64,000 nt of DNA from Eledone cirrhosa (GCA_964016885.1 OZ024748.1:41478001-41542000), one strand, 5' to 3'; numbered from the stretch's first letter, positions 1 through 13,880 are shown. Notes: generated from the sequence alone by a model not told the origin. A program made the numbers and translations.

Positions 1-70
1 AATGGCAGCTTTCCAACAGTCACCACACTTTAAAGATTACTCGACCAGAGGGAGTTATGAACAATATATT

Positions 71-462
71 TAGAAACACACAGATACATGCGGATACACA
101 CATATACATGAATGCATCCACACCCAACCGTGAGTTAATGGTGCCAACCTTACCGATGTTGCTCAATAAATGACTGGGACAGACCAATCCGGTTGAATTA
201 GACTGAACCAGTATCAGAGTTAAAAATACATTATGAAGAGAGAAGAAACATTTAGATATAATTAGTAATAAAATGTATCATACCTAATGTTTCTTCTCTC
301 TTCATAATGTATTCTTAACTCTGATACTGGTTCAGTCTAATTCAACCGGATTGGTCTGTCCCAGTCATTCATTGAGCAACATCGGTAAGGTTGGCACCAT
401 TAACTCACGGTTGGGTGTGGATGCATTCATGTATATGTGTGTGTCCGCATGTATCTGTGTGT

Positions 463-467
<5 letters not shown>
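71..467. repeat. Fold-back element, ~180-bp inverted arms, abutting (TA)n
   Basis: 71-252 is the near-perfect reverse complement of 286-467; a (TA)n tract follows directly. Confidence 0.9.
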
Positions 468-503
<36 letters not shown>

Positions 504-552
504 CCGAATTTACTTGCAAACCGCCGCCAGAGATTCGATTTTACTGATTTCC

Positions 553-594
<42 letters not shown>

Positions 595-603
<9 letters not shown>

Positions 604-906
604 TATAAGTATTAATAAAATAGATGTTCTTTTGATCAATTACATTTTATTATACATATTTCGGATGTGAAATGAACCATTTAACATCTCAGGGTATGTC
701 ATGTATCATTATATTTTGTCTGATGAGGACGTACTGTTGTACATCCGAAATATGTATAATAAAATGTAATTAATCAAAAGAACATCTATTTTATTAATAC
801 TTATATTTTAATATTAATAACTCCTGAAAATTATTTTAGCGTTGAGTGCTTCCAATCTACTGTAAAACTCATTCTTTGACATAATCATCGAATATTGTTT
901 AACAAC

Positions 907-910
<4 letters not shown>
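595..910 (+). mobile_element. Short PLE-like terminal fragment with 5' inversion, between (TA)n tracts
   Basis: 595-668 is the reverse complement of ~741-815; contains the HHR at 708-770; (TA)n on both sides. Confidence 0.75.
708..770 (+). ncRNA. Type I hammerhead ribozyme
   Basis: Stem I ATTATATTTTGT/ATAAAATGTAAT; CTGATGA 720-726; stem II GGAcGTAC-tgtt-GTACaTCC; GAAA 747-750; stem III ATATGTAT; AUA site at 758. Confidence 0.88.
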
Positions 911-950
<40 letters not shown>

Positions 951-1213
951 AACGGAAAAAATGAAACGAAATTTCATTTCTCACTCTTAGTACGGCTGTT
1001 ACTTAAATATAAGTATGTATACGTACATACATATGTATACAGACGTACAATAGTATGTATATATATATTCATACATGCACACATATATATATGTACGTAT
1101 GGATTCACCGAACATTTATTATAATGCTCGGTGTGTTTGTAAACAAACATCCCGAATTAAGCCGTAGTGTCTAGCAACCATCGTTGCTCGTTTGTTCAAC
1201 ACTGACAAAGGAA

Positions 1214-1254
1214 CGCTGTACTAGTTTCAAGCTTATTAGCTATCGTCAGCAACG
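1214..1254 (-). ncRNA. Minimal type I hammerhead ribozyme
   Basis: Minus strand reads CGTTG-CTGACGA-tAGCTaataAGCTt-GAAA-CTAG-TA-CAGCG; palindromic stem III ACTAGT; GUA site. Confidence 0.85.
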
Positions 1255-1374
1255 TATACCTTCCTGCCAGATGATTGAACGTCTGAAAGTATATACTTTC
1301 CTTATGCATATTAACGGCTGAGCAGTCTAATTTGCATATCGAGTGGGATACGTACATATATAGATGTGTGCATG

Positions 1375-1758
<384 letters not shown>

Positions 1759-1887
1759 AAAGTTATATTTAAAATTGTTGGGTTACAACTAGTAAATATT
1801 TATAACTGGTATAAAAGCACTCGACAAATATTTGGAGTATACTTACAATATTAAATAAATGGAAAACTATATTTATAAAACCATATT

Positions 1888-1953
1888 TATTTCATTATAT
1901 ATATTTCGGGGATATCATATTAACAATATGCTATGCCTTCATCAGACAAAATA
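1888..1953 (-). ncRNA. Hammerhead ribozyme, family B
   Basis: Reverse complement of 2637-2702. Confidence 0.85.
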
Positions 1954-2636
1954 CAATATAAACAGTTTTATAGACAAATAGGTTCGACATACCGTTATAA
2001 CACCGACTTCATTTGAAGAGGTTTACTCTGGCTGTGAAAAAATTTTACACAGAGAGAAAGAAAAAGAGAGAAAACAGAAAGAAAGACAGAAAACGAAGAA
2101 AAGGAAGAAAAAGAAGAGAAAGAGGAAATGCATGGAACAAAATAGAGAGATGGAAAGATAGATAAAGCGAAGAACTTCATGTAAAGAAACAGAAAGAGAT
2201 ATATATATATATAGAGAGAGGAAATAGAGATAGATACATATATATATATAGAAAATTAGGTAGTGGGAGGTCATTTTGAGTAAATTTTCTATATATATAA
2301 TTTTCTATATATATAATTTTCTATATATATAATTTTCTATATATATATATGTATCTATCTCTATTTCCTCTCTCTCTATATATATATATATATCTTTCTG
2401 TTTCTTTACATGAAGTTCTTCGCTTTATCTATCTTTCCATCTCTCTATTTTGTTCCATGCATTTCCTCTTTCTCTTCTTTTTCTTCCTTTTCTTCGTTTT
2501 CTGTCTTTCTTTCTGTTTTCTCTCTTTTTCTTTCTCTCTGTGTAAAATTTTTTCACAGCCAGAGTAAACCTCTTCAAATGAAGTCGGTGTTATAACGGTA
2601 TGTCGAACCTATTTGTCTATAAAACTGTTTATATTG

Positions 2637-2702
2637 TATTTTGTCTGATGAAGGCATAGCATATTGTTAATATGATATCCCCGAAATATATATAATGAAA
2701 TA
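2637..2702 (+). ncRNA. Hammerhead ribozyme, family B
   Basis: TATTTTGT-CTGATGA(2645)-aGGcATAgCATATTgttAATATGaTATccCC-GAAA(2683)-TATATA-TA-ATGAAATA. Confidence 0.85.
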
Positions 2703-2770
2703 AATATGGTTTTATAAATATAGTTTTCCATTTATTTAATATTGTATATATATATATATATATATATATA

Positions 2771-3167
2771 GTTTAGCGAGGTTTTTTATATGAAATCGTG
2801 TGTCGAAACAAATATTGTTATACTTGGGGAGGGTCATATTTGTGTAATGTTGCCAGAATTAATAACAGAACACACTCACTGCAACGAAAGATTTATGTAA
2901 ATTATGTAAACTATATATATGTGTTTGTGTCTATATTGTATCTGTATTATTTTTGACCGTCGGTCAGTCAATGGCAACATTGAGGACCGATTAAGTTAGA
3001 TCGCAGATATAAAAGACAGCGAGAAGCGAAAACCAACCAAACAGTGAGTGTGTTCTGTTATTAATTCTGGCAACATTACACAAATATGACCCTCCCCAAG
3101 TATAACTATATATATATATTTCGTTTTTGAATTTGTTTAGCAAGATTCTTTATCTGAAATCGTGTAT

Positions 3168-3170
<3 letters not shown>
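2771..3170. mobile_element. Family E-related PLE tail fragments in inverted arrangement
   Basis: 2817-2880 is the reverse complement of 3043-3106; shares the ATGACCCTCCC..AAGTATAAC tail with 50115, 58419 and 62440. Confidence 0.7.
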
Positions 3171-3207
<37 letters not shown>

Positions 3208-3461
3208 CATTCACAGAGAAAGCTTTAAGCAATACTCCGACCGACTTCCGTCTCACTCAACAAACATTAGGATATACCTTAGTTTTATCCCAATTATACG
3301 TTTTGGGTGCTAACTATACGTATTTTGCGGATAGCCAGACATAATTAAATATATATATGTGTGCGATGAAATACCAATGATGGTTGGCAAATCACTGATG
3401 CGGGAGTCATTTTATAATATGTAATCCATGTGCAACCATGCAGTATTCTTCTCCCCTTGTT

Positions 3462-3510
<49 letters not shown>

Positions 3511-3513
3511 CAT

Positions 3514-3514
<1 letters not shown>

Positions 3515-3545
<31 letters not shown>

Positions 3546-4027
3546 TTTACATCCGCTCTTCCCTGCTTGCAAGGGTGGGATGGGTCTTATTCAGCACAGC
3601 ATATCTCCACTCGTCACGGTCCCTCGTCATCTCCACCGTGAGCTTCAATGATCTGATGTCTGTTCTCACCACCTCCGCCCATGTTTTTCGTGGTCTACCT
3701 CTACCACGTCTTCCTTCAACTGGCATTTCCTGGCACTTCTTCACCCATCGGTCATCCTCCATGCGCATCACATGTCCATACCACCTCAGTCTCCTCTCCC
3801 GTACACTACATTCTATCCCTCTCAGACACAGTTTCTCTCTCAACACATCCATGCTGGGTCGTTCATGCACATTGACATTGCACATCCAACGGAGCATGCT
3901 TGCCTCATTTCTCTCCAGCCGTCGCATATCCTCTGCAGTTGCTGCCCATGTCTCACTACCATGCAGCATCGTGCTCCTCACACAGGCATCATATAACCGG
4001 CCTTTCGTACGTAGGGAGAAACCCTTC

Positions 4028-4031
<4 letters not shown>
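3515..4031 (-). mobile_element. RTE-clade LINE, 5'-truncated 3' end
   Basis: ORF 3547-4113 (-): LYDACVRSTMLHGSETW, RRLRWYGHVMRM, GRGRPRKTW are RTE RT C-terminal motifs; (TGA)n tail. Confidence 0.92.
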
Positions 4032-4093
<62 letters not shown>

Positions 4094-4335
4094 AAAGAAT
4101 AGAGGTGTAACACACAAGTTATTATATATTGGTAAACGGAATAGAAAATGCTGACAAATTGTTCACAGTTGAAAAATGGTTTAATTAGGAATAAAAGAGT
4201 ATTAGTGATTGTATGGGTTAGTATTCAGTTGTGGTTTTAAGTTTTTAAGTTTTTACCGGTTGCGCATTTATAAATGCTTTTCAAAAATAATTTTGAGATT
4301 GAGTGTCCGTGCTGTTTGCTCTGATCTGATTAGTT

Positions 4336-5232
4336 TTGGGAGACATATACTACAAGCCCACAGACTCCAAGCAATATCTCCCCTTCAACTCTTGCCACCC
4401 TAGACACGTTAAAATTAATATTCCCTACAACTTAGCCAAGAGAATCTGTACTATAGTCTCCAATAAAAACATCTGCTACTTACGGCTACAAGAACTAAAG
4501 GACACACTCATAGGCAGGGACTACCCTGCATCACTAATTGACAATGGAATCCAACGTGCCATAAAACTCAGTACCCAGGACATTAGACACCCTAAAGTAA
4601 ATCAACCAAAACTAAAAGCTCTTCCATACATCTCCACACACAACCCCCTCAACAATGAGGCCTTTGACACCATCCTCCAGAACATCCCTGTATTGAAAAA
4701 GGACTATAGAATGAACCAAATTCTACGAACACACGACATCATAAAGAGCAAAAGACAATCCAAGTCAATGAAAAACATCTTAACACATGCCAAAGTACTG
4801 CCAACCACAACAACGAAACCCACAGTAAAAAAATGCGATAGACCCAACTGTGGCATTTGCATCAACCTAATAGAGGGTTCGGAATTCTATTTCAAAGATG
4901 GACAACGTTTTATAGTAAAACACAATTTCACATGTGCATCGGAAAATCTAATATATGTATTAACTTGTTCAGGTTGTCGAGAACAATACATAGGCCAGAC
5001 CAAAAACAGCCTCCGCCAACGCATGACTGTCCATAGATCCCAAATCAAAATACGGGAATACAGGAAAATACCACTGAGTGAACACATTGATACCTGTGCC
5101 GCCCAAAATCTTCCCAACTTCAGAATCTTTCCCCTCTACAAATTTAAAGATAATGCCACCCACACCCAGCGCATCAGCAAGGAATCTTACTTCATTAACA
5201 AATAGGGACCCCGTCTAAACACTTCTCCCTAA
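4336..5232 (+). pseudogene. PLE RT C-terminus + Cys linker + GIY-YIG endonuclease
   Basis: YYKPTDSKQYLPFNSCHP, CDRPNCGIC, NLIYVLTCSGCREQYIGQT, LRQRMTVH; premature TAG at 5203 followed by GPRLN. Confidence 0.9.
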
Positions 5233-5382
5233 GACGAACCCACAACATACACACGTCAACATACATACCTACATCAGCACACATCTCTACCCACATATAA
5301 ACACAATGACATACGTAAACACACATGCTCTATGGTGCAACACAAGAAAATATATGTGCACATATATATATGTATATATATG

Positions 5383-5414
<32 letters not shown>

Positions 5415-5564
5415 GTGAATGTATGTATGTGTATATATATATAGTGAATATCATTTCACACCTTTTATTGTTAAGATTTTTGATGTTCTATTAAGAGAAC
5501 CGATTTTACTGAAAAAATCGAATAATGTACACCATTTTACCAGGGGAAAAAAAAAAATACTGAT

Positions 5565-5635
<71 letters not shown>

Positions 5636-5817
5636 CACACACACATACACACGCGTACATCAACATACAATGAGACTTATATATACACACACACACACAC
5701 ACACGCACTTCTCCGTATAAGACAAAAGCTGAAAAATATCTTTTGACATGCTAAAATACCCCCATTGCTTTCAGACACATTCTTACTGACCATCCCTGCC
5801 ACCACGAATTACTCTGC

Positions 5818-5917
<100 letters not shown>

Positions 5918-5998
5918 CTTATCTCAATAGCCATTTGACACACATCGCTGCTAACCATTATCACAACATCGAACACCTTACTACTACTACTACTACTA

Positions 5999-6050
<52 letters not shown>

Positions 6051-6094
6051 AAACACACACACACATATTTGTTGTGAAAGAGTCATTTCTCAAT

Positions 6095-6310
6095 CTTGGC
6101 GCAAAACCAATTTTTTATTCACATGACCTCTACCGACCAATCAAAATTGTTTCGACCACAAGAATTTTTGCTAGAGCCACTTTTTTAACATAAAAACAGT
6201 CTTGGCGCAAAATCAATTTTTTACATTCACATGACCTCTACCGACCAATCAAAATTGTTTTGACCACAAGAATTTTTGCAAATTGGAGCCACTTTTTTAA
6301 CATAAAAACA
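6095..6310 (+). repeat. Tandem duplication of a ~105-bp unit in the PLE 3' region
   Basis: TCTTGGCGCAAAA...TTAACATAAAAACAG occurs twice in a row. Confidence 0.85.
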
Positions 6311-6527
6311 GGTAGAATTCCCAAAACTAATCAGATCAGAGCAAACAGCACGGACACTCAATCTCAAAATTATTTTTGAAAAGCATTTAGAAATGCGCAA
6401 CCGGTAAAAACTTAAAAACTTAAAACCACAACTGAATACTAACCCATACAATCACTAATACTCTTTTATTCCTAATTAAACCATTTTTCAACTGTGAACA
6501 ATTTGTCAGCATTTTCTATTCCGTTTA

Positions 6528-6570
<43 letters not shown>

Positions 6571-6573
<3 letters not shown>

Positions 6574-6665
6574 CCGATTGTGCATTGTCGCATAATATAT
6601 GCAGACGGATGGTGCAGTGCACCTTACTGCTGCATTAGTGCGGCCGAAACTCGAGTCCGGGAACC
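6571..6665 (+). ncRNA. 5'-truncated hammerhead (3' half only)
   Basis: GCCG...CGGCc-GAAA(6646)-CTCGAG-TC; palindromic stem III; the CUGANGA core is replaced by (TA)n. Confidence 0.55.
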
Positions 6666-6810
6666 TTATAGGCACCCGTTTTACGTGTGTTGTATTGAGG
6701 CAAATAACTATGTGTATACTCTGGGAATGTATCTTACATTGCCCATGGAGTACGCTGAGATACAACTGGCCCTGGCATTTATAAATATGCTGGGTCCGTC
6801 AACTCCTTAT

Positions 6811-6866
<56 letters not shown>

Positions 6867-6907
6867 TACATGCAAACATATGTATATATATGCGCGTGTC
6901 TGTCTGT

Positions 6908-6948
<41 letters not shown>

Positions 6949-7044
6949 CACGTGTGTGTGCGTGTGTGTGTGTGTTACATACATAAATATACAAACGTAT
7001 GTGTGTGTTTTAACTATTTTCGTTTATGGTTTTTGTGAGGCATG

Positions 7045-7460
7045 TGTTGTGACTTGTTGTTATTGTTGTTGTTATTGTTGTTATTGTTGTTGTTGTTGCT
7101 GCTGTTGTTATTGTGTTATTGTGTTGTTATTGTTGTTGTTATTGTTGTTATTGTTGTTATTATTATTGTTGTTGTTGCTGTTGTTATTGTGTTATAGTGT
7201 TGTCATTGTTGTTATTATTGCTGTTGTTATTATTGTGGTTGTTATTGTTTTTATTGTTATTTTTGTTGTTATTGTTGGTGTTATTGTTATTATTGTTGTT
7301 GTTATTGTGTTGTTATTGTTATTGTTGTTGTTGTTATTGTTGTTATTGTTATTGTTGTTGTTGTCGTTGTTATTGTTGTACCTGTTACTATTGCTGATGA
7401 CATCATTATTGTGGTTTATTCGTCAAAATAATCTATTATAATTTGTCGTTATTGTTATTA
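7045..7460 (+). repeat. (TTG/TTA)n compound microsatellite
   Basis: Direct inspection; similar tract at 29455-29765. Confidence 0.95.
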
Positions 7461-7647
7461 TCATTATCGATAATCCTATTGATATCGATTAAAGGGTGAA
7501 GGTTTAGCTTTTATTTATTTATTTATAATTGGAATAATGATTTACAATAAACGTTCTTTAATTCTTGTTTAGATTTATCTTAAACTTGAAATCGAAATGA
7601 TTTCTACTAGAGATAATAATAATAATGATTATAATAATAATAATTAT

Positions 7648-7820
7648 TATTTCTACTTTTGGCACAAGGCCAGCAATAACCCAGTACATTACTGGTACTT
7701 TATTTTATCGACTCCGTAAGGATGAAAGGCAAAGTTAACCTCGGCGGGATTTGAACTCAGACCGTAAAGGGACGTAACTACGCTGGAAAGCATGTCTGAC
7801 CCTCTACCAATACTGCCAAT
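7648..7820 (-). mobile_element. tRNA-derived SINE
   Basis: A box TGGCAGTATTGG, B box GAGTTCAAATCC, central GCCTTTCATCCTTACGG.GTCGATAAAATAAAGTACCAGT, (TAA)n tail; six copies in the window. Confidence 0.85.
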
Positions 7821-7836
7821 AATAATAATAATAATG

Positions 7837-8772
7837 CTTTCTTTATTAACCACAAGGGTTTACACAAAGTAGACATTAAAGACAGTACAGGACAAAACAG
7901 GACGGTACAAATGGGCATTTCTGCGTGTAAAAAACAAAAAAAACAGAGGATGTAATAATAGAACAATGAAAAATTCCCCAATAGGGGGGAGACTTCCGAG
8001 GGCCATCGTGGAAAAAGCCCATTAAAAAAAGCCACGGTGACCCTGACCACCAGGGCAATTGTCCTCTCCCAGTTTTCCACCTTCAATTTACAGGCATATA
8101 CTCAGAGTAGGTCCATTCACTCGGGCCATTCTTGCCTCTCTCACCCATCTTTCAACAAAATGCTGGAAAGAGAGCACCTCCCTCTCTACCCTGATTTTCC
8201 TTTTCAAATGAAATTGGAAAAAGTTAATCAGGGCATCACCGAAGAGGTAAGTGCTTGTCTTCAGCCCTTTCAGATGTGTCCACCATACTATCTCTTTCGC
8301 CATGGCCACCAGACAGATAAAAACTGCCTGCCCTTCCCGGCTAAAGGAAGAGGGCGGGGCAATCCTCGCGATGGACTCAGCTGATAGTCGGATCCGTTCT
8401 ACACGCGACAGCAGGTGTTCGACATAAACCCACAAGTCAACAATGCTCGGACACTGGACGAGTGCATGCAGGATGGTTTCGTCGCCTGCGCGCATCTCGG
8501 ACATGTCCGGCTGACGGCACCTCCATGCCTGTAGAGTTTATCCCGAACTGGAAAAGCTCCTCGGTAGCACTGCCAGGCCAGGGATTTCTGGAAGTTGTCC
8601 ATAGGCCCCGGCCCGAAAGTTCTTCCAAAGGGATTGGCTGGTTGATTTTCGTCGACGCCTAGAGTTTCCCCAAGTACGTCGTCGCTCTTCCCCTCCACTA
8701 ATCCTCTATAGAACGCCAAGGTGGAGTTTCCACCGATCACATTGCCCGATTGGCCGAGGGCTGTGAGCGCCT
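7837..8772 (-). mobile_element. Tx1/L1-like LINE 3' fragment
   Basis: ORFs 8399-8740 and 8088-8504: CPRC..ETILHALVQC zinc knuckle; homologous to 9800-10400. Confidence 0.85.
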
Positions 8773-9500
8773 AATAATAATAAACACCATATTTACAAGG
8801 AGAAGGCTAGCCCACTGTGTAGGATCTGTGGAGAGAGAGAGGAGACTGTGGCTCACATTGTATCCGAGTGTAAACACCTAGCCCAGACTCACTATAAAGG
8901 CTGGAGACATGATGTGATGGGCAGGGTGATCCACTGGCACCAATGCAAAGTAAACAATTTACCACATTCTGAGAAGTGGTATGAGCATAAGCCAGAGTCG
9001 GTGATAGAAAACGATCAGGTGAAGGTGCTGTGGGATTTTAGGATACAGACGGACAAGAAAGTAGAACACAATAGACCTGACCTGGTGGTTTTGGACAAGG
9101 GAAAAAGATTGTGCCTGATTGTGGATGTGGCCTGCCCATTCGACACGAGAGTGCAAGAGAAGGAGAGGGAGAAAATTAACCGATACCTGAACTTAAAGGG
9201 CGAGGTAAAAAGGATTTGGAACTGCCATGAGGTCAAAGTGGTCCCGATTGTCATATGCGCACTAGGTACTGTCTCAAAGAGTTTCCAAGGATGGTTAAAG
9301 AAAATTGGTCCCGCCTCGCTTTTTGGAACACTTCAAAAGGCATGCTCGCTGAGAACAGCAAGTACCCTCCGATACGTCCTGAATATCTGAGGCTGCAGGT
9401 AGTGGCTTGATATTCATTTCAACAAACTTTCCAGTTAAATAACATCAATGACTGAGACTCAAAGAGCAAGAATAATAATAATGATAATAATAATAATAAT
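8773..9500 (+). mobile_element. Dong/R4-like LINE 3' fragment with restriction-like endonuclease
   Basis: CRIC..ETVAHIVSEC, RHD, LWDFRIQTD, RPDLVV..VDVACP, EKINRY (ORF 8848-9390); ends in (AAT)n. Confidence 0.9.
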
Positions 9501-9512
9501 TATTATTATTAT

Positions 9513-12500
9513 TTCATTTATTAGCCACAAGGGCCGACATGTAGGGGACAATACAAAGACAGGGACAGTGGGGGTTTACAATAAGGTCGAGTAAAAGTGC
9601 ACAATGGCAAGACTAATTTAACAATGAAGATGTAAAAATATAAAATAAACTATGCATAAATATAACAAAATAAATTCTCCGATAGGGGTGGACGACCCTG
9701 GGGTGACTCGGGTACCCCACCAATCCTGAACCACCCTGGGCTTCTATGGCACCCAGGGAGAGCACCCCTCTCCTCAAGTTAGCTAGCCTATAGGCGCATA
9801 GTCAGAGAAGGCCCATTCACACAGGCCATTCTCGCCACATTCATCCACCTTTTAGCAAATGTACTGGGGGGGGGGGGGCACTTCTCTCTCCACCCTCACC
9901 TTCCTTTCCAGGTGAAACTTGAAGAAGTTGATGAGGGATTGGCCGAAGAGAAAAGTGTCTGTTGTCTCCAGTCCTTTTAATCTGGTCCACCATATAACCT
10001 CTTTCGCAACGGCCACCAGACGGGAAAATTTCCTGCTCTTCGTGACCTAAGGAAGGCGGCGGATCGATCTTCACTATGGACTCGGCCGATAGCAGGATTC
10101 GTTTCACACGCGACAGTAGCTGTTCGACATAACTCCACAAGTCAGTAATGCACGGACATTGGACAAGTGCGTGCAGAACGGTTTCGTCGTTCTGTGCGCA
10201 TCTTGGGCAGGTCCGTCTGACAAGCGAGGGATTTCTGGAAATTGTCCATCGTCCCCGGCTCGAATGTCCTCCGGAACAGCCTGGTCAGTTCGACCTCGTC
10301 GAGGCCCAAAGCTTATCCGAGTGCGTCATTGCATTTGCCCACCACTAATTCTCTATAGAACTCGAGAGTGGAAGTTCCACTGATCGCATTCCCCGCTTGG
10401 TAGAGGGCAGTGAGTGCCTGGCAACATTCCAGGTGCCAGTCACCCAGTCTCGGTCTCTTCTTGACCCAGGACTGCAGCTCAGTCAAAGAAACGAGCTGCG
10501 GAAAGGCCCGTCTGATAAACGGCGACCACACCTGTTCACCGTTTAGGCAGAATATCTGGAGATGTCGCAGCCTCAACGTATGTCTGCGCATCATTAGCCA
10601 CGGCACGCCCATCCCTCCGCGTAGAGGGTGCTGGCAGCAGATGGACCGCCTCACCAACGGAACTTGTCCCCTCCACAAGAATTTGAAGAGGAGTCGTTCC
10701 AGCTTGACGAAGCGCGGACGGGGGAAAGGCACGACGGGCAGGCGGTAGTAGATGACGGACGCGATGTACGCATTCGCCACCTCCGCGCGACCTTTCAGTG
10801 ATAGCTTCCTCCCAGCCCATTTTTGGGTGAGACTGGCTACTCTGCTCGTTACCTCGTCCCAATTCTTTTCCACCTGGAGGTCTGGTCCGAACCAAACCCC
10901 GAGCAACTTTACTGGTCCGTCCGTCCAGATCCCCACGATGCTGTTGGACGGCATAGGCTTGCCTCTCCAGGTTCTGAGCTGCAAGCCCACCGACTTTTCC
11001 GGGTTAAGTTTGGCCCCTGTCAACCTTTCATATTCCTTCCATAAGGTGCCGACCACCTCGATTTCTGAGGTGTCCGACACCATCACGGTGATGTCGTCCG
11101 CATAAGCCGACACCGCCTTTCCACGTCCCGGTTCGAGCGGGATGCTCTGCAACAGCTCCAGCTTCCGCAGTAAAGGCGTACAGAAGGGAAGAGAGAGGGC
11201 ACTCTTGACGGACCGATCGGGAGAGCCGAAATGGTTTCGAGAGGTGGCAATTAACCTTGATCACCGAGCGTGTGCCGCTGTGCATTGCAGCGATCCAGCC
11301 GCTTTGAGGACAAACTCCAGATACCGATGGTCGACCCTATCGAATGCTTTCGATTGATCTAAATTGATCAGTGCCCCACCGAAGCCAGGTTTACACCCTA
11401 CCCTCTCTATGATGTATCGCATGAGGTGGAGATTGTCGTGTATGGACCTGGATAGGATTGCGCAAGTTTGCGCCTCCCCAACCAAATCCTCAACGACAAG
11501 CGCCAATCTCTTTGCTAACACCTTGGCCAAAATCTTGGGCCTGAAGTTGTCTAATGTATCCCCCTTGTTCTCGTCTTTCCTTATCAGCGTCACCACTCCC
11601 CTGCTCACAGAACTGGGAATACTCCCATTCTGTTGCCAGTTGCAGTAGAGTGCTTCGAGGAGATCGGAGAACAAGTCTGGCATATTTACGTAAAGCTCGT
11701 AGGGCAGACCATCCAAACCGGGTGACTTCCGCCTCATGCAGCCGACAAGGGCGTGCTGAATTTCGGCTGAAGTAATCGGCCTTTCGCAGCGCTCAGCGTC
11801 GACTGTCGAGTTGCGCGGCAAGCCGTCAAGGTAGGGACTGAAATCCGCTACTCTCTCTGACTCGCCACTCTCCCCGAACAATCGAGCAAAGTGCTGGCGA
11901 AAGGCTTCACACATCCGCTTGGAATCGCTTATCTCGTGTCCGTCTCGGTCCGCCAAAGACCGAATTGTGGTTTTATTACCACGCTGCGCCTCCGCCATGC
12001 GGGCCCATCGAACAGCTTTGGTTCCCTCGTTTTCTAAGCGCACGCGCCTTAGCTCTGACAATGCAACCTTCGTGTTTCGCATTGAAGAAATGGTCTAATA
12101 CCATTCTAGCCGCTAGCACGTCAGTTGCAATGCCACTACAAATAACCTCGTCTAACTTATCTACCAGCTCTCCCTCCTTTCTATTTTTCTCTAATGCTAG
12201 TTCTTTGCTGAACTCTATCGAAGTTACTCTAATCTCTCTTTTGAGAGCCCCTCCCCCACCATCTGTTGTTGATGATCCCCCCTGTCAACTTTTGCTTAAC
12301 TAAATTGTTGACTGTAAGCCTTACGTGCCGGAAATGACATGTTCAGATTCCAGTAACTCGGTCCTAACCTACGCGTTTTATCTAGGTCGACCATACAGAT
12401 CACAAATTTGTAATCTGAATAGGCGACCGTTTTAAAAAGTGGGCAGCTTACACTATTTCTATCTATTTTCCTAATGAAGATCCTGTCTATATACGATCTA

Positions 12501-13560
12501 GATGACCCCATGCGGTTGGTCCATGTCCATACTGGCGCATTGGGGAAATCTAGTCGATACCTGTCAGACAGTTGGAACTGGCTGATTAGGTGCTTGAGGC
12601 TTTTGAACCCCCCCCCCCCCCCCCCTCGCTCCTATCAGCTACTCCCACACAATCCCAGCGTGCGTCTAAGATGCCGTTCCAGTCCCCCGTAAAACAGTAA
12701 AGGGCGAGACGTACCCAGAAAGGCCTCCAGGCGCCTAAAGAAGTCCGGTCGTCCGGCCCCTGTAGACGCCCAGCAGTCTAAAGGCACCACCGTCGCTACT
12801 GCTCACATCCAAGACCACCAACTTACTGTCCGGGTCCCGGAAGATCGACCTTACCTCGAGATCCAGTCCTTTCCTAAACAGCACTGCCACCCACCTCCCT
12901 TTCCCGGCCTGCTAACAGATGCGAAGATCTGTTAGTCGTCGAAAATGGGGGCTGGTGCACGCGTGTCGGAAATTCTGGTCTCGCTGACGGCAATCACATC
13001 CATTTCCAGCGACCTGAGGTCGTTGAGCAGGCGACCCTGCTTCCAGTGTGACCCCAGGCCGCGACCATTTAAACTTCCTACTCTTAATATGGCCATGTTG
13101 GCAAGCTAAAAGAGAAAGGGAAGGTTTACTTACCTCCCGGGGTCTTGTGAAGGTCGGGTGGTTCGACCTCCATGGTTGGTGGGGTTTCTTTTGGGAACCC
13201 CTTTAAAAGTCTCGATGTGGGTTTCACATTCGGGGTTCCCACGTCTTGAGGAAAGCTCTCCCGAATTTCTTTGAAGGAATCGAGTGACATTCGGACCAGA
13301 AGCAAAATGTGCTCATTTGAAAGATCTCCCCCTCTGTTTGAATGTCCTCGCTTCGTGCTAAGAGGGCCATCAGTTTATCGTTGGCCCTTCTGACGAGCAC
13401 GAAGTTTTTAACATTTTGTTGGTGTGGTTTTATTTGTTTTCGTTTTGGTGACTGTGGTGGTGTTGTTTTGGGTATGTCTGTGTTGTTGTAGGTGTGGTGT
13501 CTGCAATTTCAGGTATTTGTGTGTTTATTTGTACTTGTATTTGTTTAGGTTGTGGGGGTC
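9513..13560 (-). mobile_element. Tx1/L1-like LINE: decayed full ORF2 (APE-RT-CCHC) plus upstream remnant
   Basis: Start at 13096 MAILRVGSLNGRGL..DVIAVSETR (APE); YIDRIF, SPGLDGLP, LDQSKAFDRVDH, AYADDIT, CPRC; multiple frameshifts. Confidence 0.92.
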
Positions 13561-13744
13561 TGAATATTCGGGCTTAAAGCCCGAATATTGAGAGGTCTCC
13601 CTTCCTTGAAACCAAGGTGGGTACCTTATGTTTCGTTAACGACAAGAAAATACAAAAAATGATACTTTAAAACAGCTTAAAGTTACGAACCTTTTCCCTC
13701 GTAAACTTGTACGTCTTCATACATGTGCGTCCAAATAGTGGTTT

Positions 13745-13880
13745 CTTATATAGGTACAAGGCCAGCAATTTTGGGGAGGGGAAAGTCGATTAATTCGATC
13801 CCAATGCGTGACTGGTACTTTATTTTATCGACCCCGTACGGATGAAAGGCAAAGTTAACCTCGGCGGGATTTGAACTCAG
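13745..13880 (-). mobile_element. tRNA-SINE, partial
   Basis: Same B box and central domain as 7648-7820. Confidence 0.8.

Larger units (their letters stand above)
1760..2745. mobile_element. Family B fold-back HHR element, copy 1
   Basis: ~1850-2260 is the reverse complement of ~2335-2745; HHR on each arm (1888-1953 minus, 2637-2702 plus); (TA)n flanks. Confidence 0.85.

Noticed and set aside
5203-5205. In-frame stop in the PLE ORF as possible selenocysteine recoding
   Set aside because: The codon is TAG, not TGA; simple decay is more likely.
6120-6320. Minus-strand GAAACAAT..ATTGGTC with TCTACC/GGTAGA pairing in the Neptune-like UTR
   Set aside because: No CUGANGA-like core adjacent to stem I.
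13564-13590. Perfect 12-bp hairpin AATATTCGGGCT-taa-AGCCCGAATATT
   Set aside because: Single occurrence at a LINE boundary; cannot assign a function.
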